Assembly: GCA_002269645.1 (NCBI GenBank)
Contig: NIVC01001189.1
Location: forward strand, 248,001-312,000
Reading direction: 5' to 3'
Length of the DNA stretch: 64,000 nt
DNA from: Macrostomum lignano
Lineage: Eukaryota
Positions 28,834 through 40,800 of this stretch are shown here, in pieces (position 1 is the stretch's first letter; each line of letters opens with the position of its first letter). The position numbers and the translations under genes were made by a program. The notes under the pieces are model-generated. The model ran no database searches and was not told the origin of the DNA. It saw only the letters and a list, made by a program, of their open reading frames with translations.

Positions 28834-31800
28834 ATGATACATAGTATTTTCTTTATAAACAATTCGGGGTAAGTAAGCAGTGAAGACAGTTACTTAGCTC
28901 TGTTTCTAAAATATATTGAATGAAAACATTCTCAATCTCTCTGTATTAATTTAAGTCTAATAATTATTTACTTATTTATCTCATCTAATTTATTTAGCCT
29001 TATAGCATTGTTGCTATTTTTATTCATTTGTAACAAAACTCTGTTGATAATAAAAATATATCATTAGTTTAGCATAAGCTGTACTTCGTTCTATCTATTA
29101 ATGTTTTTTTATGAGTGAATGATCTGCCTTATCAAATTAAGCTAAAAAATACTATATTTTTTAAGGTTTATAGATCTATTAAAGTCAGGACATCAAGAAG
29201 ATCAGAGTAGATTCTAGTATTAGACAAGATCAGATCAGAGTGGTTAATAAATATATTGATTTATCAACAATATTGATCTACAATAAACCAATATGCTTTA
29301 TTTTCTTAATCTAATAAAATAATAATATTCAGGTGAAACTTAATATAATCCAAAAGATGCTACATGAGAGAATAGCAATTTGTTTTTTTGATAAATAAAT
29401 TGTGCATTCTGTTAGCCTATTATGAATATGCTATGCATGCAAGTACAATTCACTTATTGTATATTATACAATATACATTTTTATGTTTTTTTATGAGTTA
29501 ATGATCTGCCTTATCTAATTAAGCTAAAAAATACTATATTTTTAAGGTTTATAGATCTATTAAAGTCAGGACATCAAGAAGATCAGAGTAGATTCTAGTA
29601 TTAGACAAGATCAGATCAGAGTAGATAAATCTATTGATTTATCAACAATATTGATCTACAATAAACCAATATGCTTTATTTTCTTAATCTAATAATATTC
29701 AGGTCAAACTTTATATAATCCAAAAGATGCTACATGAGAGAATAGCAATTTGTTTTTTTGATAAATAAATTGTGCATTCTGTTAGCCTATTATGAATATG
29801 CTATGCATGCAAGTACAATTCACTTATTGTATATTATACAATATACATTCTACAGGCCCTACAAGTAGATATAAATATATATATAGGAATATAACTATAT
29901 TATAAATGTAATTTTTTAATCAAATGATAGCCTAAGCTCACTCAAGTTCAAAATCACCTAACCACTACCTATCCCCTCCTCTACTCTATATTATTATTTA
30001 TTTATTTATTTATTCTACTAAAATCTCTTTAACTCACATTTACTTTTTACTTCTAATACTAACTTCTATTGAATTTGCTGCTTAAAAACACAAAACTTAT
30101 ACTATGTCAAGAAAAGTTGTTTTGCCAAAATGACTATTTTTTATAAAAAGCTACTTAATAAAAAAGTTGCCAAAGACAAGACAAGGTTATATACAAGACA
30201 GTATGTAATGAACTAGAGTTATATCTGTTCTTTCTAAGAATTCTATTCACTTATCTACCCCTATCACATAGTCATGTGTCAAAAGTTTCTACCCTTATGA
30301 ATAGGCGCATGACCAAGATGGCCACACACCAAGATGGCCACAGCTCTGAATGGCTGCTTGGATAGGAGTAGGTCTATATATTTCCTCATTTCCTATTGGC
30401 TATGATTGGGGTGGGGTATGACGTAGCTTCAAGTCTCGGAGAAAACAGATTTCGTTAGTGAAATTAGACTAAGTAAAACAAAAAACACTTCCCTTTACAG
30501 CAGGTATTACTACCTACTAAAGCTAGTAGCACTACTAGCACAAGACATTTGATTTTTGTATCATGGATAATAGTTTCAAACCTATCTCTATATACTAAAA
30601 CTGACGTGTTGTTTGTATATGTTAAAAGTTAAAGGTTAGAGGGTAAAGGTATTAGTTATGATAGAAGTAAGCAAAAATTGGAGTGCCCTCTTATCTCTGA
30701 TCTTTTCTCTCATCTCTGCACTCTCGTCTCTTATCTTTTCTCTGTCATCTCCGCCCTCTCGTCTCTAATCTTTTCTCTCTCTCTCTCTCATCTCTGCCCT
30801 CTCCTCTCATCTCTTGCCCTCTCTCTCTCTCATCTATTCTCTCTCTCATGTCTGCCCTCTTCTCTCATCTTTTCTCTCTCATGTCTGCCCTCTCCTCTCA
30901 TCTTTTCTCTCTCTCATCTCTGCCCTCTCCTCTCTCCTCTCCTCACCTCTCTCCTCTCCTCTCTGCTCACCTCTTTGCTCTCATCTTCCTTTTCCTCTTC
31001 ATTCTCTTCTCCCTTTCCTCCTTTCTCCTCTCCATTAATCTCCCTTCTCCTCTCTCTCCGCTCGTATTTAATCTCTCCTCTCATCAACTCTCTTCTCCTT
31101 TATTCCTTCGCCTCTCCTTTATCCTATGCTTGTATTTCTCTTCTCTATTCCTTACCCTCTCTCCTCACCTCTGGCCCGCTCTGTCATCAGGAACTCAATA
31201 GAAGTGGAAATCAAAAATAAAAACACTGCATCAGTTGCCACCCATTCACGATATTTCATATTATTTCTTGATACCAACGGATTGACAACAGTTTGTAGCA
31301 ATGAATAAATTGTTTTTCTATGAAATCTTTCATCAGGCCTAGCTGTTCTGCGAACGTGGGTGCGAAAGGTATCTCATATCTGCATTTTAATAGCTCGTAT
31401 ACGTAGCTCATATAATATCATGCATAATGATGGGGATGATGGGATGATGATGAATTACGGAGGCAGAAGTGCACTGAGTCACACATACATGCAGTGACTA
31501 GCCCAAATAAAGGCTGCTTGCTCTGTAAGTGCGACGCAATGAACCCCCCATCCCAAATTTGAGCGTAAAACAAAGTGTAATATCTGGCAAGAAATGTGCA
31601 CGGTGATTCTTAAATATGCTCCAGGGCTATATTGGGTGCAGCAACTAAGTAAGTGCGGATTTTTTGGCTTTTTTAACTCGTTATGATCTGAAATGGCAAT
31701 AAGGTACGGGTGGCATGGATAGATGACAACATGCCCTTTGCTCCCTCCTTTACCTCCTTTGCTGCCTTTCTCTTCTGAGCTGGCCGATCAACTGGATCGC

Positions 31801-34800
31801 ACGTGTGCGGAGCAAGGTTCCATCTTCTATGGTTCCATCAGCACGGCGGACTGCGGAGCCATGACAGTGCAGTGATAAACGCTTAGTGCAGCGATAGTAC
31901 GTGTTGCCATTTCGCCGCGGTTTTTCATCCATCAGATGGCCAAGATCTCGTTGGGCATACTGCACTAGAAGGTCTTTTCCGTGACTGCATCCTGCACCTG
32001 TAAGAATCTCAAAGGGCTGGGGAGTTGGGCTGCGGGGCGGTGCAAGCTCTGCTGGAGGAATTTGAATGGATTCTTCCAGAGCTGGATCAGGGTCATTGAA
32101 ATCTGGATACTGGTAAAGAAAATTTTCTGCTTGTGCCGGAATCAAATGCACTGGTTCTGGATTTTCAGCAGGCAGAGGAACAGCCGCTGGTCCAGAATTC
32201 GGGGCTTGTACATGTACCACTGCAGCATCTGCAGCTTGAGACACTGCTAAGTTACCTGCAGGAGCCTGTCTATTGCATTGATTGCAAAGCCAGAAAAGCT
32301 CACCGACATTTCTAATTGCAGAATACTGATCGATTGTGACGCGACTATCACATGCATGGTGCTGCCAATTCAAGCATTGAGAACACTCAATTGCTTCTTG
32401 TCCATCGTAAACTGGCTGCAGACAGACTACACATGGATATGCGCCTGCCATTTTGTATCTAAGTGCTTAGACTGCTGTCAGTGAATGAGACAGATGAATT
32501 TTGAACAGGGCATGAAATTTACCCAGTTTTTATCCCTTTAAACAAGTAAATTAGTCTCGACCAATAAGAAAAAATGGAAAACAGCTACACCAGATTTTAT
32601 ATGAAGAAGAGATTTGTTTAATGCGAAATACATTTATACCTCTTAGGGCCCTACTATAAGTAGGAAATTAAGACTCGTAACCATTTTTGTCTTTAGCCCT
32701 GCAATATGCTAATAAAATTTTGACTGCCTGTCTAAACCCCACACAAAGCTATCCAATAGTAAACCAGCTATCATTTTCCGTGACCCCCATCCCAGCTGTG
32801 GCCATCTTGGTGTGTGGCCATCTTGGTCTTACACCTATGAATAAGATCATAACCTAAAAGATTATACCTAAAAGCATTTTGTCACATTAGTTAGACTATG
32901 TTAAAATTAAGTGCATTATGCAACTTTTACTGTAAAGTAATTTTATTTTTATATATTTCAAAATTGTATCCTCAAATTAGACCTTGAATATGATTTTGCA
33001 TTTTGCCACTAGTTAAAAACCTAGATGATAAAACAAAATGGTTAGTTAGTTAAAGAAATAAATACATGACAAATTAATTCTTAATCAGAATAGTGGACAA
33101 AAGCAGAGTTATATCTATTAGCCCATCATATTGTTTCTATAATTATTGTTTATGATATAATACTCAGTAGTTCTATCTCGCTTAAATTATTGTATTTTAT
33201 ACTTTAGGGCAAATATCCCTTTTTTAATTTAGATTTCTATAAAAAGGAACTTTTTTAGACAATTCCTTTCTATAATTTTTTCCTTATTTTTCTTTTAGTA
33301 GCAAAATGCCATAGCCCACAGGGTATCCCCTGAAAAACTTTGCTTTACCAAAATAAATAAATTCAAGCAAAAATCAATAAGTATATATGAAATATGAAAT
33401 ATTCTTTTTTATGTACCTTTTAAACAAAATCAAGTTGCCAGACTCTAGGTTCTAGATATTGATCTAGATTTTATCCATTACTATTTTATTCTTATACATA
33501 ATAACTTCTGCCCATTTTCTGAGCAGAAAATGGCCTCCTTAAGTTCAACTAGCTAGTGTTTTAAAGCCAGTATGCCTTATTAATTTTAGAGATATATTTC
33601 TGGAGAAGCACTACAAACGTGTAATTCCAAAGTCAATCTGTGATTACTTCTTTGAAGAAGTTACAAAGGTGAGTTTGTTTCTATATATTGACTTATCTGT
33701 CTTATGAAGTTGTATTCTTATGAAGTTGAAGTCTTATGAAGGCCTGGTTCTCATGACAATTCAATTAAATTTTCAGAATTCCTCTCCAGAGAATGTGCCG
33801 CCAATCATTCAGACGCCGAATCACATACTGATCAGCATCTATCGGGCCCAGATGCATTTTGTCGCAGTTTGCAAAAGCGAAGTTCCGCCGCTGTTTGTCA
33901 TCGAATTTCTGCATCGCCTAGCCGACATAATCAAGGATTATTTTGATGAAGTGTCAGAGACCAGCATTAAAGACAATGTTGTCATCGTGTATGAGGTATA
34001 GCAAACTTTAAATGGAGGTTTCTACTGGCATTCTGTTTTTTAGGATAGCAATTGTTGGGTATCCTATGACAGTTAGAGCTTCAGCTACTGTTAAGGGTCA
34101 AAATCCTTACTACTCAACGATGGGAACGCCAACCAATGTCACCCGCTCGTTTAATAACATTCAGAACTGTCGACAGTCCTTAACCCGAAACTGCGTTTTT
34201 CGTTTGCCAAAAAACGTCAAGCACTTAATGGATTTTTCAATTTTTCATTCATAAGTCTTAAGGACTTTCTTTAGTAGAAGCCAGAGTAGTTAGCCACTCT
34301 TCAGGCGACAGTAAAGCCGCAACCAGCAGCGAGGAGACGAGCCGTTACGTCCATTTCGCTGAACCACACTCACACCAGGATGTACAGCAGCCCTCACTTT
34401 CTCATATCAGGCAGGTACACAAAGTTGACTAACATCGAAACCCAAACTGATGTGACAGCGCACGGTATCAAACTCACGGTAGTTTTGGCTCGAGAGACGG
34501 GCACGTAACAGCAACAAAAACAGACACAGTCCAGTAAGGTCAAGCGGTCAGGGTGCATCAGTTGGCGCCCCGGTGTCGGGCGCCTGGCGTCGCACAGCAG
34601 GCAGTCCGTGTATCGACGAGTTCGATTTCGGGCCTGGCCCCGACTAAAGGGTGAACAGCAGGATGTCCTATAGACGCTGGGGACAGTAGCTCTCAGCCCA
34701 GATTACGTGGCCCGCCTATATAGCTTTATGGACCCTCTCGTCAGCTTGACAGTCTGCGCGGAACAGCCCCGAGTTCGCCGAGTCCAGCTGCCGCTCTAGC

Positions 34801-37800
34801 GTGGCCGTCAGCGTCCATGTCTCGGCGTTATACAGCAGGGCGGTCTCAGCCACCACCTGCCACAGCCGAGCCTTCTGACGATCGGGCAGCGCCTCGGACT
34901 GAAGGACGGCCCGGATGGATCGATAGGCCGCCCAGGCGAGTCCTTTGCGCCACCAGATGTCCTTCTAATATAGGGCGTCAGACCGCCGAGGTAGATGAAC
35001 CGCTGACAGCGTGCGAGCGTGGCATTGAGAAGGTGATGGCCGCCATCTTTTTCCGTTGCTGCGACATCTTGCGGCCAGTGTTGCTCGAGCACGGCGTCAC
35101 AGTGTCTGTTGGATCGATACAGAGACTGTGACTGCTTGGCGGAGGTGCTCCAGTCACTTGATCAAGAGCGGCCAAAGTCGGTCCAGACAATGCAGCTTCA
35201 GCAACTGCCTTTTTCGGCTTATCCGCCCAGCCTTGCGACTTCTTCCTCTTTCCCAAAATGAATAACTTTTAGGAGAGGCGGTTTGACTCTGCCTTGCAAG
35301 CTGAGCTGGACTTGTTCCAAAAAAGATTATTTACATGGATCTGGATAGAAAATTATATTGAGAATTGTGATTAGGTTCCTAAGTAACCATGGGTATTAAA
35401 ATTCAGCTGAATCCAACAATGAGAAATGCATTTTTCCGAGAACTCAACCAGCACCTCTATCACTATCCCCAGCTACTAGACGAAGTCCTTGACAACGGCT
35501 TCCCCCTAGCAACGGAGTCCAATATCCTCAAAGAGCTAATCCGGCCGCCTAACCTGCTGCGCAGCTTGGCGGACACCATGACCGGCCGGAACTCCACCGT
35601 ATCGGCCACGCTGCCAACCGGCCAGCTGTCCAACATTCCGTGGCGGCGTAGCGGTGTGAAATACGCCAACAACGAAGCCTATTTTGATATTGTTGAAGAG
35701 CTGGACGCAATCGTTGATAAATTTGGCGGCGCTGTCTGCGCTGAGGTGCACGGCAGCATCGACTGCCTCATCAAATTGTCCGGCGTCCCGGATCTCACGC
35801 TCAGCTTCGTGAACTCGCGCCTGATTGAAGACGCCAGCTTGCATCCGTGCGTCCGGCACAGGCGATTCGAAGTTGAACGCCTGCTTAGCTTTGTACCGCC
35901 GGACGGCGGCTTCAGACTGATGGCCTATAGGGCCAGTTGCCATGGCAACCTGCCCGTACCGCTCGACCTGCGTCATACGATTAGCTTCAAACAGGCTAGT
36001 AAGTTCATATGAAACAGCTATGGGGCCCATTGTATACTCATGTTTCCTGTAATTTACACCAATTACTATTTCCATTAGATCCAATATACAAAAAAATGAT
36101 TATGTTGAACCATATATCTAGGTTAGCTATGTTATTGAATTTGAAGTCTCACGAAAGTAGAAAAGCCTTTAACAGTCACTAGTACTGCTCCCAGATCTGC
36201 AGAATCGCCTTTAACAGTCACTAGTAATGCTCCCAGATTTGCAGAATCGCCTTTAACAGTCACTAGTACTGCTCCCAGATCTGCAGAATCGCCTTTAACA
36301 GTCACTAGTACTGCTCCCAGATCTGCAGAATCGCCTTTAACAGTCACTAGTACTGCTCCCAGATCTGCAGAATCGCCTTTAACAGTCACTAGTACTGCTC
36401 CCAGATCCCCATTGGAGCGAATAGGGGTTTTTGCGGACAACGTCCGGCGCGCTTGTGAAAAATTGCCTGCGCGGCTGCGCAGAAAGAAATTTCTGTCCGC
36501 GCACAAGGTGCATGGCGCGCGCGCAGCGCGCACCATGCACCTTGTGCGCGTAATGTTACTAGCATATATGTAGATCTGCACGCAGCGCGCACCATGCACC
36601 TTGTGCGCGTAATGTTACTAGCATATATGTAGATCTGCACGCAGCGCGCACCATGCACCTTGTGCGCGTAATGTTACTAGCATATATGTAGATCTGCACG
36701 CAGCGCGCACCATGCACCTTGTGCGCGTAATGTTACTAGCATATATGTAGATCTGCACGCAGCGCGCACCATGCACCTTGTGCGCGTAATGTTACTAGCA
36801 TATATGTAGATCTGCACGCAGCGCGCACCATGCACCTTGTGCGCGTAATGTTACTAGCATATATGTAGATCTGCACGCAGCGCGCACCATGCACCTTGTG
36901 CGCGTAATGTTACTAGCATATATGTAGATCTGCACGCAGCGCGCACCATGCACCTTGTGCGCGTAATGTTACTAGCATATATGTAGATCTGCACGCAGCG
37001 CGCACCATGCACCTTGTGCGCGTAATGTTACTAGCATATATGTAGATCTGCACGCAGCGCGCACCATGCACCTTGTGCGCGTAATGTTACTAGCATATAT
37101 GTAGATCTGCACGCAGCGCGCACCATGCACCTTGTGCGCGTAATGTTACTAGCATATATGTAGATCTGCACGCAGCGCGCACCATGCACCTTGTGCGCGT
37201 AATGTTACTAGCATATATGTAGATCTGCACGCAGCGCGCACCATGCACCTTGTGCGCGTAATGTTACTAGCATATATGTAGATCTGCACGCAGCGCGCAC
37301 CATGCACCTTGTGCGCGTAATGTTACTAGCATATATGTAGATCTGCACGCAGCGCGCACCATGCACCTTGTGCGCGTAATGTTACTAGCATATATGTAGA
37401 TCTGCACGCAGCGCGCACCATGCACCTTGTGCGCGTAATGTTACTAGCATATATGTAGATCTGCACGCAGCGCGCACCATGCACCTTGTGCGCGTAATGT
37501 TACTAGCATATATGTAGATCTGCACGCAGCGCGCACCATGCACCTTGTGCGCGTAATGTTACTAGCATATATGTAGATCTGCACGCAGCGCGCACCATGC
37601 ACCTTGTGCGCGTAATGTTACTAGCATATATGTAGATCTGCACGCAGCGCGCACCATGCACCTTGTGCGCGTAATGTTACTAGCATATATGTAGATCTGC
37701 ACGCAGCGCGCACCATGCACCTTGTGCGCGTAATGTTACTAGCATATATGTAGATCTGCACGCAGCGCGCACCATGCACCTTGTGCGCGTAATGTTACTA

Positions 37801-40800
37801 GCATATATGTAGATCTGCACGCAGCGCGCACCATGCACCTTGTGCGCGTAATGTTACTAGCATATATGTAGATCTGCACGCAGCGCGCACCATGCACCTT
37901 GTGCGCGTAATGTTACTAGCATATATGTAGATCTGCACGCAGCGCGCACCATGCACCTTGTGCGCGTAATGTTACTAGCATATATGTAGATCTGCACGCA
38001 GCGCGCACCATGCACCTTGTGCGCGTAATGTTACTAGCATATATGTAGATCTGCACGCAGCGCGCACCATGCACCTTGTGCGCGTAATGTTACTAGCATA
38101 TATGTAGATCTGCACGCAGCGCGCACCATGCACCTTGTGCGCGTAATGTTACTAGCATATATGTAGATCTGCACGCAGCGCGCACCATGCACCTTGTGCG
38201 CGTAATGTTACTAGCATATATGTAGATCTGCACGCAGCGCGCACCATGCACCTTGTGCGCGTAATGTTACTAGCATATATGTAGATCTGCACGCAGCGCG
38301 CACCATGCACCTTGTGCGCGTAATGTTACTAGCATATATGTAGATCTGCACGCAGCGCGCACCATGCACCTTGTGCGCGTAATGTTACTAGCATATATGT
38401 AGATCTGCACGCAGCGCGCACCATGCACCTTGTGCGCGTAATGTTACTAGCATATATGTAGATCTGCACGCAGCGCGCACCATGCACCTTGTGCGCGTAA
38501 TGTTACTAGCATATATGTAGATCTGCACGCAGCGCGCACCATGCACCTTGTGCGCGTAATGTTACTAGCATATATGTAGATCTGCACGCAGCGCGCACCA
38601 TGCACCTTGTGCGCGTAATGTTACTAGCATATATGTAGATCTGCACGCAGCGCGCACCATGCACCTTGTGCGCGTAATGTTACTAGCATATATGTAGATC
38701 TGCACGCAGCGCGCACCATGCACCTTGTGCGCGTAATGTTACTAGCATATATGTAGATCTGCACGCAGCGCGCACCATGCACCTTGCGCACGTAACGTTA
38801 GCAACGTAAGTATGTTATATATGTAGATCCGCGCTGCGCGCGCGCCATGCACCTTGTGCGCGTAATGTTACTAGCATATATGTAGATCTGCACGCAGCGC
38901 GCACCATGCACCTTGCGCACGTAACGTTAGCAACGTAAGTATGTTATATATGTAGATCCGCGCTGCGCGCGCGCCATGCACCTTGTGTGCGTAATGTTAC
39001 TAGCATATATGTAGATCTGCACGCAGCGCGCACCATGCACCTTGCGCACATAACGTAGCGTATGTAGATTTGGTATAACAAACAGCTGTGCACCCTTGTG
39101 CCTTTCAGGCTTTCACTAGTGTCTTGTATGCTTTATAAATTTACATATGTACATGTACATGCAGGCGCAATGCTACATGAGTGAATGCCAGTGCCTGATC
39201 TGCACCCACACCTTGTTCACCTATATACATTTACGTCATGTACTATATAATACATTTATACGTACATGTAGGTGCGATGCTACATGTAAAGCAGTTAGGC
39301 ATGTACCCGTGCCTTGCACCCGCACCTTGTGCGCTTATATGTTCAGTATACATTTATGTATTAAAGTACAATGCTACTAGCAGTGCTCACCCATGCCTGC
39401 TTAATTGCACCTGCGCCTTGTGCGCTTACTCAAGTACATTTAACATGTATGAGCCAGCAGCCAATTCTACCCTTAATGGACTTTGCAGATTTGGTATTGT
39501 ATATTTAGATGATTTAGTATATTAAGATAAGATTTAGTATATTGTGAAAGATAGTTGGATTGGTAGCTACTTAATTTTTTGTGTCTAGCAATTTAATGCA
39601 ATGATATAATAGCTAATTGGGACGAGAAGCGGAGCAAAGACATAGAAGCAAAGAGAGAGTGGCTACTGACTGCAAGTGTATATATAGAGATTACAACACC
39701 CCTAATCCAAAACCTAGACAAACCCCCACGTAATGTGCAATGTACAAATAATCGATAAAATATATCATGCAAGAATATCATACGTCAGTATATGTACAAA
39801 TATGGAACTGCTTTACAAGAAATAATATAACGATATGAATGAAATACAAATAATACAGATAGTCATGTTTGAATAGTTTATTTCACAACAATATGCAATT
39901 CTAGCGGTGCATGCCTATGTTCGATGCACAATGTAACGTAAACATGTAACGTAATTTACTCGTGTTAGATTTTCTTAGAAAAATTCAAATTTTGTAGGCT
40001 TAATTTAGTCGTCACTGACATCCGTAAATCTAGCGCTCCTATCCAACGAATGATAGCATCCCTGAACTGGCTGCACCGCAAAATTCAACGCGGAAAAATT
40101 CTTGTGAAGGCATACCAAGTTGCCGAACGAATCCACGACAGGCGCGCTAGAAAGACAAAATCTTTCAGCAAAACACGTTTTGTCTCGTCCAGCTTCACCA
40201 TGGTGCAGGCTACTGTAACGGAGCTCCGAATTTGGCTGACGACACTAAACGAGACGCCTCTGTCTCGCAAAAACCGCGAAGTTTTAGCGTACCTGCAGTC
40301 CACGGCTTTTGTTACTGAGTTGCTGATCTTCAGCGAAGTGATGAAACCGTTCTGCGCAACTATGCTACGCTGCCAGGATCTACAGCTGCCTGTCTGGAGC
40401 ATGGTCGAGGATATCTCGAGGCTGTCTGTGGAGCTGGAGCAAAAAAAACTGCTTTATCCCAATTACACGAGCTCGCGAACATGGATAGAGAGCTCGATTC
40501 ATTTGCGTCAGCTACTGCAGCAAATCATGATCTCCGGCAGCATCTGCCACTGCTGTTTACCAACTTAACTGACCTACAGCAGGGTGTCTACCACGACGTT
40601 GATTTGGCCACTACCACCACTGTTCCTCGGTGTATTTTAGATCGTAGGTGCCGGCACGTCAGTGACAGTGAGGACTCGAGCAGCGACTCAGAGTCAGATT
40701 CTGAATTGGAGGTTAGGCACGCTGGTCGCAACGTCAGATCAACTTTTAAATCGGCCTTGTCAGCAGGCGTTGAGTTGGTGACAGCCTTAGGTGACCGTCT

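Noticed and set aside
34978-35256. 92-aa ORF MGKRKKSQGW... as a nested gene
   Set aside because: It overlaps the decayed RTE fragment in a shifted frame and has no recognisable domain or splice support.
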